From: Spirogloea muscicola
Lineage: Eukaryota
Length of the DNA stretch: 39,124 nt
NCBI GenBank assembly: GCA_009602725.1
Contig: WELB01000014.1
Location: 1,160,974 to 1,200,097, forward strand
Direction: 5' to 3'
Shown in pieces: positions 1 through 11,278 of this stretch. The first letter of the stretch is position 1. Every line of letters starts with the position of its first letter. Position numbers and translations under genes: made by a program. A model generated the notes under the pieces. The model saw only the letters and a program-made list of their open reading frames with translations. It made no database searches and was not told the origin of the DNA.

Positions 1-1132
1 GGCGGGGGCCTGTTCGCGCTGCCAGCGCGGCCGACAATGTCCACGGCCGTGGCGGCGGAGGCGGCGCCGCGCTTGCCGAGGCCGGCGGGGGCGGGCGAGG
101 GCGCGGTGCAGACGGCAACGGCCGGCGGCGTCGCCGAGGTCGACAAGGACTCCTTCCACCCGGCGCTCGACGCCGCGGGCGACCGCCTCGTCGTCCTCGA
201 CATGTACACGCAATGGTAACCACTCCATTTGCCTGCGGCCGCCTCTGTCGCCGGCGCTTGACGGCGCACGCCTCGCCGCATTGCGCACCACCTGGCGGCC
301 CGAGGGCGAGTCCTCGAGCGCCTCAAGAGCAGCCACTTCGTCGCAGCGGCAGAGGCACTGCCCTTGTCTCTCAAACGAGCTGTCAGTGGTTGAGACAGAG
401 GCCACATTGGCACCACAATGTGCTCTCATGCTCGTCGAGACCTGACGTCCAAGCCTTGTGCGCTGGCGTGACTTGTGCTGCGCCGCCTCAAGAGGTGCTG
501 TGAAGCTGTGCTTCGAAGCAGATCTACACAGCAGGGCTGCTGCATGGTCCTGTCCTGCCGCCAGCGCCGTGGCGGCCAGTTGGGCTGGGCGTTTGGGAGT
601 CATGGATGGACGTGGTGCCCCTTGCAGGTGCGGCCCTTGCAAGCTCATCGCGCCCAAGCTTGACGTACTCTCGGGCGAGTATACGGACGTGGTGTTCCTC
701 AAGCTGGACTGCAACCTTGAGAACAAGGTATGATGTGCGTGTGCCTGGGGTGGCATGGCAATTGCCTTGCCACTCCTGCTCAATGCCTCAGCATTGAGCA
801 GGCTTTCATCTTTAAAGCCGCCCTTCTTCTAGTGGCTTGTACCAGATAGTATTACTTTGTGATGGCACTCTCAAATACGTGATTGCTTGATGATGGTCAA
901 TGCTGGATGCTGCAGGGCAGGCATGCAGTTGCACCAACTTTGTTCCCAGCCCCTAGAATTCTTAATCACTATTTCCTTCTTGCTGGTCCTGACTTGCTGG
1001 CAGCCTCTGGCAGAGGAGCTGGGCATCAAGACTGTTCCTACCTTCAAGCTGTTCAAGAAGAAGGAGCTGGTTGGCCAGGTGACAGGGGCCAAGTATGACG
1101 CCCTCCTTGAGCTGATTGATAATAACAGATGA
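1..1132 (+). CDS. TRXf: Thioredoxin f (plastid), 5'-partial, 3 exons visible
   Basis: Exons <1-215, 628-727, 1004-1132, all GT-AG. Splicing TG|G rebuilds VVLDMYTQWCGPCK, followed by VFLKLDCNLENKPLAEELGIKTVPTFK, typical of Trx f including the extra Cys in LDCN. The frame is open to the window edge, so the transit peptide probably starts upstream. Confidence 0.95.
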
Positions 1133-1729
1133 TAAGGAGGGGGAGGACCTGCAGCAGCTGTTGTTGCAGTTATGTGCCTGCTCACCAAGTCCACACGTAT
1201 CCAGGCGACAACCTGGATACACCTGTCGGCTGCGATGGTCAGTAGCCCGCCCAGCGGTCACCAGGACAAGCAGTTGTCTTAATCTCGCCTGAGGTGGTCT
1301 TCTCCTGAAGTCGAAATGCCACCCAAACATGCAGATTCATTGCGCCCCACTATTGGCAGGCTCTCACTTGGGGTTCTTGCAATGCTCGTGACTTGCCAGC
1401 TGACAATCAGGAAAGGCAATTACTGCTGTAGCAGCCTGCACAGTTGGGATTTACAGCTTCTTCTGTTTCGGGGCACTTGAAAATGGCTTGTCCACCAGCA
1501 CATAGGCATACTGTGCTGCCAGTGTATCTTCTCAATTGATGCTCCACACATGCTTGTGAGTAAAGGCCTCAGAAATCTTGACATGACTGAGATCGATGCT
1601 AGGCAGAGAATGTTGGTTCTCAAATGAATAGCTTGCTTAATGAGCACTTGGTGCCCAGGCAAGAAACTACTGAGCTGATCGATATGTACAGCTTTGCAGG
1701 TGTGAGCGAAGATGTCAATGTCAAGTGGC

Positions 1730-2872
1730 CTAGAGGGAGAGTCTGCTCTTTCTTGCCCGCTCTGCAGCTTCCATATAGTCCTCGTGCGATTGCTGCTGTT
1801 TACCTGCATGTAGACAATGCAGGATAAGACGATCAAGGTGTTTGAACAGTTCACCATAGGGCCAAAGTATGACTGACTGTACCTGCAAATCAAGGTATTG
1901 AGAAGGAGAGGCATATAAAATCAACATCTGCAATACAATTGCAGAAGCAGTGCTATGTGGAGATTAGGTTAGCAGGCAACTGCTGCTTCTCAAGCGACGT
2001 GATTACAAGGTTACACCAGCTTCAGTCAGAGCATGCCCTGCAAAGGAGCTCATCTCGGAACTTCAAGCCATGGCTTGATGACTTTCGAGCAGGCTTCTGC
2101 AGGCCTGACGAGAGCGATGCTTTTGCTCCTGGCAAACAAGCTTCAGCTGCTCTTCTCACCATTGCAACAGCTGTCTTGTGCATAAATAGCTTGCAAAGAA
2201 CCAGCACTGCTGTTTCCAATTGGAGATGTTTCGCGTGAGGGAGCAAGCATGGGCTGACCTTACCACTGGTCATGTAGAGGAAGGGGATGCTAGACACGCC
2301 CACGATGAAGATGAAGCCGCCAAGCACGTGCCTGCATGCACAGAAAGTCAAGAGCATCAAGGAATGTCCACTCGCCCAGCTGCCACTGCAGCATGTAAGA
2401 CACGTTGTCCAAAGTAGCTCCCATTCTGCTGTAGCAGCAAGCAGCAGTTGAAGCTCCTGCGGACCTCGCGGCCGTGGTACGTCAATGGGAGGACGGCGAA
2501 CACAACGACTCTGACGCCTGACGGGGGATGGTCTGGAGGACGCGTCAGATGTAGGGTGCCAATAAGGCCCCCTATCGCTGGCGCTGGGACCTACAGACAT
2601 TGATAACGCATCCGCCGTGCCCACTGGAGAGCTGCAGGAGCAGCTAGTGAAGCCTAGGAGCTCCGCGTGCCACCTGCCAGGCGCCCTGCTTCAAAGCCGA
2701 CCGTGACCCTAGACCCCGACCGTCAGAGCCCGAGCCCCCAAGCGGTGTGCTACGTGTGTCAGGCAGGCAGGGAGGAGTACCAGCGGTTGCCGCTGCGAGC
2801 GAAGTTCTGGAAGGCGGACTGCGGCCGAGTCGCTGCAGGCGGCTGCTGCGGCGCCGGCGCCGGGGCTGCCAT
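1730..2872 (-). CDS. Small single-pass membrane protein (77 aa), 3 exons, not visible as one ORF
   Basis: Exons 2872-2781, 2331-2264, 1803-1730; GT-AG with phases 2 and 1 joining cleanly. Protein: MAAPAPAPQQPPAATRPQSAFQNFARSGNRWHVLGGFIFIVGVSSIPFLYMTSGKQQQSHEDYMEAAERARKSRLSL*. The first exon is GC-rich like the other gene starts, and there is one hydrophobic helix. Confidence 0.75.
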
Positions 2873-3200
2873 GGGGGCCCGAGCCCGCGCTCTCAGGCCG
2901 CCATGGCTGCCTGCTCTTGAGAGCAGCAAAACGGAAGATGGGGGGGTTGGGGGTTTGGGTCCACGTGTCTGCTCTCAGGGGTTACGCGGATCTCGGAATT
3001 GGAATCTTCGGTGGGGACCCCGGCTTTTGCACGCGTCCGCCGCTTTGGGGCGCCGTCTCGTTAGCGGGCCTCGACGTGCTGACCGTGGGTATGCTTAGCA
3101 GCAGCAGGTGATGTGTATCTTCAATGCTTGCCTCTGTACTTGGCCACTCGGATCACGATCACACACTCCATTGTTTTACGTGGTCCTTGCTTACTTGTGT

Positions 3201-3500
3201 CTCTCAGAGCTATTTCATTCTTTATTGGCTGGCTTCTGCCAGCCCCTCTTTTCTATGGGCGAGCTCATTCTTCTATGCGGCCCCTTCGGACCCTGTCAAC
3301 TCTTTTCGGGCTGGCTTTCGCAGCCCCCCCTTTGGCGAGCCACTTTCGTTTCACCTATTCCCGTCCCTTGCCCGTTTCCCCAGTTTTTCCTTTGGCTTTG
3401 GACATTGTCCATTCTTTTTGGGTTGGCTTTGCCAGCCCCTCTGCACTCAAGCTCCCTCAGACCTTGTCCATTCTTTTGGGCTGGCCTTTCCCAGCCACCA
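3201..3500 (+). repeat. Array of 4 diverged copies of a ~45-bp stem-loop repeat (consensus ~gaccttgtccattcttttGGGCTGGc-ttt-gCCAGCC)
   Basis: Stems at 3227-3244, 3308-3326, 3420-3438 and 3479-3496, each preceded by a (c)ttgtccattcttt-like leader. The satellite motif tatgggcgagctc occurs at ~3254 and ~3558. Confidence 0.85.
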
Positions 3501-4031
3501 GGCAATCTGGCCGCGCTTTCTTCTTCTCTATTTCATGCGCACCGCGCGCCTTCTCTCTATGGGCGAGCTCTTTTCTTTTCCCCGGCGACGGGCATTGGTG
3601 GGAGCGAGCGCCCACAGTGGCATTGGCATGGCACGCTCGTCCCGCCGCCGGCATTGGCGAGCAGCGCCGCGGACTGACCCTCCCCCACAACTGTCGTGCG
3701 GGAGCGGAGCGGGGCCAGCTCCCGGGGGTTAGGTGGCCCGCCCCTCTTGATCGGGCCACCCAATCGGTGCTCAAATCCGGCGGCGCCGCCGCACGCCCGC
3801 TACGTTGCAGTCGTGAGCCGTCTCTGACGGGAATCGAGCAGGGCGGCGGCATTCGCTGACGGATCCCGGCGGGGCCGCAGCTCCCACGGAAGCCATTACC
3901 GGCGCGGCGAGTTAAATCGGAACGGTGGGCCAAAACGGGCCGCGGGAAACACTCCCGCGACGATGGGAGAGTGTTTCTCCCCACCCCAGCCCCCACGCGC
4001 TGGCTCGGCGGCCCGCCCCCTGACCAGCTTN

Positions 4032-7000
4032 GGTGCCGGGGCTCCGGGCCGCCCGGGGCCTGGCCGAGGACCTCACCTGCCTCTCCTCCATGTGGCTCCG
4101 CAAGATCGGCGGCGCCACGCACAAGGAGCGCCTCGAGTCCTTCTACGGGCCCCAGGCGGCCGCTTGTGAGGGCCCCCCCAGGCCTGCTTTTACTGCTGAT
4201 CACAGCCTTGGCTGCTGCACGCCAGCTCCATGCCCAGCTCTGGCGACCAGTTCATTGGTGTACTTTTCGGAGCCGCCGAGCCATTGGCCTCACTCCACAG
4301 CTCCATGCCGACACATTTTGCAGACGATCGATTCCGCAAGGACTTCCTGCATGGCCGCCGGAGCATGCTGGCAGCGTGTGCAGCGCGCCTTCGAGGGTCT
4401 ACAGGCATGGTGTGGGTGGACCTCGGAGGAGGCACTGCGGAGAACGTTGAGATGCTGTCAGAGTACATCGATTTGGAGTGCTTCAGCAAGATATACGTCG
4501 TAGACCTCTGCTCGGCTCTCTGTGACGTAGCCAGGCAGAAGGCCAAGCGGAAGGGGTGGAAGAATGTTGTCGTGGTGGATGGCGATGCCTGCCTCTTTAA
4601 GCCGGAGGACACTGCCACTTTGATCACCTTCTCCTACTCCTTGTCCAGTAAGGATCCTAGCCACTCCTTCCCAAAACGTTCTCTGTGTCCTCCTGTCCAG
4701 CCACCTCTTTGCAGATTTTCTGTGATCTCTTCTTGTCAGCCAGCTTTAAGCGCCAGCGGCCTGGGGTGACTTGTGTTCGGTCTAAGTGTCTTCTTCTGGC
4801 ACATCCCTGTTTTGTCAGATCAAGCAAAAATAGTGGTGACATTGAGGTGGGGGTTTTTGGCGTATCTTGTATGCGCTTGAACTTGGAGGCGTACTCTGCT
4901 GTGCAGTGATACCGCCGTTCATGGATGCCGTAGATCAAGCTTTGACATACCTGGAGAAAGACGGCATCCTTGGTGTGACAGACTTTTTCACTTCAGCCAA
5001 GCATGACCTTCCAAATCGCCAGCACACCTTTGCACAAAGGTGGTTTTGGAGATCAGTATTTGACCTCGATGGGATCGATCTCGGGCCAGAGAGGCGCCAG
5101 TATTTGGAGCACAAGCTGGAACCTGGTAAGGCTTGTTCAACATAACCTCACTTCTGTGGAGAATATGGTGGCACGCTGCAGCAGTGTATGACTCCAAGGG
5201 CTGGGAGATATGGTCAATGTTCCTTGCAACAGTGGCGCAAGAAGGGTGTGCTGCCTGTGCTGTGAGTTGACAAGTGGTATCTACGTTGTCAGAGAGTGAT
5301 ATAGCTGGCCGACGGACTGTCTCCTGCAGTTTACGAGTACAATGGGCGTGGAAAGATACCATACGTGCCTTATCTGCGTGCTCCTTACTACACCTGGATT
5401 GGCAGAAGGCGTGAGAACACAAGTAAGTGTGGCAGGGTGGCACAGGCAGGGGGACGAGGCCATTGACTGCACACCCTTGGCAGACAGATGTCTCTTTGTG
5501 GAATGCATGCATTGAGCAGCCAGAAGCGTGTGCTAGTGCTGCCAGCAGTGCTCTCAATGCTTGTGAGCATGCACAATATGTCATGATGGATTGTTTTCTA
5601 CCCTCTCCCATTGCAGAGGTTGACCTGCGACGTTTTCCAGCTAGAGCCTCGGATGAGTTTGAGAGCAAGCGACCTCCAGGCTTCCCGCCTACATTTCTCT
5701 ACTCCTTGTCCTGGGAGGATCCTAGGGAGGATGACAAGGTTTTAGACATCAGTGAGCACGACACCGTGCTCACTCTGACATCCGGAGGTTGCAATGCCCT
5801 CGACCTTGTCCTCCAGGTAACAGCTGCTCGCTTACCACTTGATCCATCGACTTTTCTGTCCAAGCAGTCGCAACTTGAAACGCTACAGTATGTGGGTGCT
5901 CTCATTCCAGCAGGCTTCGGTAATTAGTGTGCTCAAAGTTGGCCAAGCCACATCCTTGCATCAACTACAGCTGGTTTGCTTGTCTCTGTGCTGCTTTTAA
6001 CAGGGAGCTGGCAAGGTTGTTGCTGTGGACATAAATCCTGCACAGAACCACCTCTTGGAACTCAAACGTGTGGCTATTGTCAGGTATAGTCTTGCAGTTG
6101 CACCTCTTGCCATCGCCTTGGCCAGAGGGCATTTCATCCTTCACTACATTTAACAATTGCTGTGCAGTGTCCCTACATTGCTTTTCAGCGTCAGCGTTTC
6201 GTTAACCATTGGCCATCCTGGCTACCTTCTTTGTTCTCTGCCTTGTCTCCCTGGCTTTCTTCTGGGACAGTGTATTGGCCTCTGAGATTGTCATAAGAAA
6301 CCAGAGGCCACGTGAATGCTGAAGGATCTCTCCTTATGCGTCCATGCAGGCTACCATTTATTGACGTCTGGAAAATGTTTGGAGAGGGAGTACATCCTAA
6401 ATTTATGAACCTTCTGGAGCGAGAACTGGCTCCTTTCCTTAGCCAGGGGGCTGTCAATTTCTGGTATGTGATCATTGTCAAGCCAATATTATTGTGTTGA
6501 GCTGTTGATCAAGTTCTTGGCAGTCTGAGGCTCCTGAAAGTGTCTTATGGTAGGTTGTTATATGCTATACCTGCAGGAGGAAAAAGGGTCCAAGGTACTT
6601 CAAGAATGGCATCTACTATCATGGTAAGTGTAATTGTTATCTCCGTCAAATTTTCCCATAGCAACTGTGATTCCACATCCAGGAGCCTTCTGATCTGAGC
6701 CTCTGAGCTTCTGAGCCTTTGAGCCTATGCTCCAGCTGAAGGTGCAAACCGTTCATGATGCAGGAGGAATGGGAAGGCTGATAAGAGCTGTGAGGATTCT
6801 TGCCAAGGTCACAAGGAAGGTTTGGCTCTGCAGCACTCACTCCTTTGTGACTGCAACATGCTGTCAAGAAGCCTTACTCAGAAGCGATTTCACAAGGCTA
6901 TGTATGATGCACTTGCCATCATATGGTAGGAACGTGCCAATGGATTCAGGTCGACTCTGCATGCAAGCAAACAAGTGTACAATGTTAGACTCTTATGCAA

Positions 7001-9319
7001 CCGTGCTGAATACTGCCTTTGCAGGAACAATGGTTAGAAAGTTTAGTAAATGCTCCGACTATTGAGAAGCAGTATGCACTGTGGTAAGTGAGTGAGGGAT
7101 GCCCTCCTCCCCCTTATCTGACCACATCAGCAGCATATCCAGGACGTATTTCATAGAGCCCTGCTACCAGGTCGTACAGCTTCAAGTGCAAACAGGATCC
7201 ATTTGCTATCAGAGATATGTGCTGCCTCATCGTAGCCTGTCATGTGGAAGGTCGGGTGTTTGGATAGTTGGCTTGGCCCAATGACAAACAATACCACAAA
7301 GCCCAGTACCTAAGATCAGTAGATTACTTACTTTGTCCTTTGAGATCCTCTTTCCCTCTTCTCTGGCAGGAGTGCAACTGTGGGGAAGTTCTTCCTGCAG
7401 GCAGGAGTTGCTGCACGACTTTTTGGATACCTCTTTTTCAACAGGGTGGTCCTCTGGTTTTGTGCTGGAATTGCAAAAGGCCAGCTCAATCTGATTAGGA
7501 AAGAGGACAATGTCTACAAGTAAGTTGTCAAAGGTCCCTCGGTGATTGCTAGCAGCAATTAGCAGTGAGTTGTCACTAGCACTTCACAGTGTGCACCTAG
7601 TGGGCATTGAGGCTAATTGAGCCTATTACAGAACTGCAACTTGTGGACATTCACTGACTGCTGAGTATCTAGCTCTCTAGTAACAGGAAGACAACGCAGT
7701 ATCCGCGTACTATGTTTGCCTTGCACTAATGCAATACTCATTGCGCTTTGTTATGTGCAGCTACATCGTTCGCTGCTTGAACTCCACAGCTGAAAACTCC
7801 CACCTTCGAGACGAGTAAGTCATATGCAACAATGTCGCAATCATGTTCACATGGCAACAATCGACCAGCATCAAACAAGAAAGGCTGACATGAGTCATGT
7901 AGAGAAGATGGAGACCAGAAGCTCCATTGGTCTACACTTTTCTTTTTAAGTACAGCATGGGATGAAGATGCAGTTATTCAGCACCTAAATTCCATACGCT
8001 GTGTGCAGTAATTACTTCTACCGCTGCTGTTTAACTGGGAAATTTTCTCCAACCTGCTGTCCACGGTTCTTACAAGAGGACTACTTCAATAAGCTCAAGG
8101 TCAGTCTCAGTCCTTCACTATTGCACTTGTGAGAGAGAGAGGCTGCTGCTTCTTGAAAGGTGGACTGCCAATGAGCTCTGGGTTGATCACCAGATTTTCC
8201 AGCCAGTGTGTAGGGCTCCGTAGTCAATGATTACCTCCTAGTATCATGATTTGAGCCGTCTTGTGCCATTTTCTATAAGCAAGGTGAAATGATGTAGTGC
8301 AGCTGGTAAGGCCGTTCAGCTTGACAGGCTCATGACATGTCCTGCAGGTAGAGCTTGCTAGTGCGGAGCGTATGAAAATCTCAACCTCATTCTTTGTTGA
8401 GGAGCTGAAGAAGAGGAAGTACACCAAGGTAAATATCATATAGATGGACATGTTAATATTGAGGGCAGATCATTGTCTGTCTGCACCCTGCAGCTTTTCA
8501 AGCTGATCCTACTTGCATTCAGTACCTGCTTACATGCAGTCTCCTTGTGATATCACTTTCAGGTCATTTTAATGGACCATGTTGATTGGTTGGAGCAAGA
8601 GGACATTGACAACCTTTGCGAAGCTTTGTGTGGGCAAGTGGAGGTACATTATTTTGTTCCATTGTCTTGATCAGGGTCAAGGGGAGGCAATGCAGTCTTG
8701 CCATCATGTATTACCCTGTTCTTGACCTGTTGCAGACACAGTGGTTGCTAAACAGACAGCCTGCTTCAGACAAAAGCTCATGCCAGGCTTGTTGCATATG
8801 TTGCTGCAGCCTGGTGGCAGAGTGATCTGGCGTAGTGCCTCACGCTGCCCTGCATATGCACGATGTATAGAGAAGGCTGGTTTTAGAGGTACTTTGAGCT
8901 GGCACTATCGCTGTTGCTCGTTCTCTCGCAGCACTTTCAAGAAAGATGGATGTTTTTTACCTGGTGTTGGCATGTTGTGTTTAGGTATTGGATGGGTGCA
9001 GTATTTTGCATTTGACATACAAATGCTTTTCACACCTGGGGTTTGCATGTTGTGACCAAGGTGTTGGGTGGGTGCAGTGATCTGCATTCGGTCCACAAGT
9101 GAAGAGCAATACATGGACCGCGTCAACATGTATTCAAGCTTCTACTTAGCCATACGGCAGGGAGGCCCTGCTTCGTATGAGATTTTTAATAGCCCGCCGG
9201 ACCCCTTGACGGTGCACTATGCCAATGGTAATGGTCATATCAAGCTGAATGGAGAGGAGGACTCCCCCAAGTCTATCCTGAATGGTCCAAGGACCCCAGA
9301 TGCCTCAGTGGGCGCTTAA
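4032..9319 (+). CDS. BTA1: Betaine lipid (DGTS) synthase, bifunctional BtaB-methyltransferase/BtaA fusion; N-terminus interrupted by N at 4031
   Basis: 17 exons: <4032-4165, 4324-4647, 4907-5125, 5330-5422, 5617-5816, 6004-6083, 6350-6463, 6577-6623, 6764-6819, 7025-7083, 7370-7519, 7761-7814, 8009-8099, 8348-8428, 8563-8643, 8810-8888, 9078-9319. Motifs RLESFYGPQA, WVDLGGGT (SAM), FPPTFLYSLSWEDP, LTLTSGGCNAL, VILMDHVDW, VIWRSAS and YMDRVNMYSSFY match Chlamydomonas BTA1. Confidence 0.96.
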
Positions 9320-10440
9320 GCACAAGTAGGTGCTCCATGCTCGTGTTTGCCCCCTGAACCCTTAAGAGCTGTATGGGACTGTGAGAACGCAGTAATATCT
9401 GGAAGCCCAGCTTCTTAGTGATTGCTTTGCTCAAATCACACACACCTGCTTCCACTAGGGTGTAGAGCTCATTCTTGGCCTTGTTCTCATTGGGTGTTTG
9501 CAAGGATTTGCAGGTACGTCCCCTGATACACCTGACAGCCACCAGACAGCCAAAGGCTAGCAGCAATAGCTGGTGCTGATGCGCAGGGTGCGCAGAGAAC
9601 CTGGTTCACTTATGCTGCCACACACATAAGAGGGACCATTAGATGATTAGGATGGACCTATCCTAGGTTGTTATGGCTTTGAGATGGATGTCCAAGTGGG
9701 TAACCAGAGCAGGAGTGCTGCAATATCTGCATCAGAGCTTAATTTTGTCGAGCCACATGGCAAAGTGCCAGAGGCGGGTCTGTGCCATGTGGCGCAACAT
9801 TTAGTAGGGCTGTGTGACTTGGGGCCGCTGCCGAATATGGCAGCAGGCTGTCAGACCAGGGTTTGTGTTTAGTTGAGATGGAACTCAGCAATGACGACGG
9901 CAGACGTGCACGGCAGCATGGGGCAGGAACTGCCTCCTGTGCCACCAAGAGCATGTGGTGGTCACCTCCATTCACCTCAAATCGGTGAGTCTTGCTACTA
10001 CTGCCTTCAGATATGCAAGCTAAGCGGCTGCCAGACTGTGGGTGCAGGGAAGTGCGGTATTCGGTTGCATCTGTGTACCTGGATGGCGTTTTTATGGAAG
10101 GGGGACTTGTCAAGAGGCTGCGGACCTCGTGTATGCTCACAAACCGATAGCACTCAAGAGTCTCACGTCAGAGCCCAGAGTGATGTTGCAAGGGGCTACA
10201 GTGGCTAGTGGTACAGCTGACTGGGAGCGTGGTGCTTGTTTTTTTAGACATGCCGTTCTGCACAGACGCCAGCTTCAATGCTAGATGCAAGGACTGCAGG
10301 GGAGCGGGTAAGTTAGTCAAGGTCTTGTCGAGCGCTTGAGATCAGGGGAGCAGCCTGTCCATGCTAATCAACTGTCTACAAGCATGCCACTCGTCAGTGG
10401 CACTGCGAATTAATGATCTCATGCTGAGGATAAGAACGCT

Positions 10441-10960
10441 TCCAGGAGAGGACAGTGGCTGGGAGAGGCCAGCCCAGGAAAAAGAATGAACAAGAGTTTG
10501 AAGGGGCCAAAGGAACGTGCTAAAGCACACAGGGAATCAAGCAGCTGTGAAGCACTCAGTAACTCCTGTTGAGCAGCCGCAGATCGGAGAAATTAGTCTC
10601 CCGGTGGCAAGTCCCCTGGCCAGGGCCAGAGGCTGCAGCTAAGGCACGACCGGCAAGCAGATGTAGCGCGCGAGCCATTAACCTCTGCAGCGAGACGGAC
10701 AGGAGCATGCAAAACAACTGTGCAAGCGAGCCTGCAGCACGCAAATCCACCGGCTTCCCATGGTACTGGCGGGAGAGTTGTAGAACAGTCTGCCAGTCAG
10801 TGCACAGAAAGCAAGTGATCTGCAGGTCGTTTGCTTGGTGCTGGGGAAACTTCCAAGTCTGCCAAAGGCCCTAGCATCTGATAGAAAAGAAGAGCCTGCT
10901 TGGAGCCGCCTCGATCACACCGACAGCTGGACACTGACAAGTCTGCCAGTCTCGAGTAAG
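10441..10960 (-). mobile_element. Putative decayed 3' remnant of an RLE-type (CRE-like) non-LTR retrotransposon followed by the stem-loop repeat
   Basis: Minus frame 10750-10556 reads LAQLFCMLLSVSLQRLMARALHLLAGRALAAASGPG...NFSDLRLL*, resembling the terminal 'RQRLSVALQRxxARAx' helix of RLE elements. Out-of-frame LETGRL and AFGRLG fragments lie upstream. The repeat copy at ~10457-10510 follows in the same orientation. Confidence 0.45.
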
Positions 10961-11278
10961 TTGACAATATAAACAGTTGTATACAGCCAAAGCAGGGAGC
11001 AGGGGCAAGCCATCCCCCACACAACTCTGGAGCATGCAAGCCGATGGAGCACATTCCATGAAGTTTGACGAAAACTTCTGACATCTGCATGATAATGCAG
11101 ATGTCCATGCTCATAGCAGCTACATAAGAAAGTAGGGTGTGGTCTCAGGGATTTCAGGGCTTCAGAATCTCGGACTTGAGCTCCACTCCAGCAGAGCATG
11201 CTGACCACCTCCATCTGTGGAATTTACCTTGATAAGAAGCGGCGTACACCTATGCTGCAGGGTCTGCTGGAGAATGAT

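Noticed and set aside
3201..3500. Palindromic repeats with intervening sequence read as a CRISPR array
   Set aside because: Repeats are too diverged, spacing is irregular (59-112 bp), linkers share motifs, the context is eukaryotic and there are no cas genes.
3108..3859. Three overlapping long ORFs (189-248 aa)
   Set aside because: Stop-poor pyrimidine-rich repeat sequence is open in all frames, with no protein-like signal.
9700..10300. Short Cys-rich ORFs between BTA1 and ClpC
   Set aside because: No recognisable motif, consistent splice structure or GC-rich start. This may be decayed TE sequence but cannot be supported.
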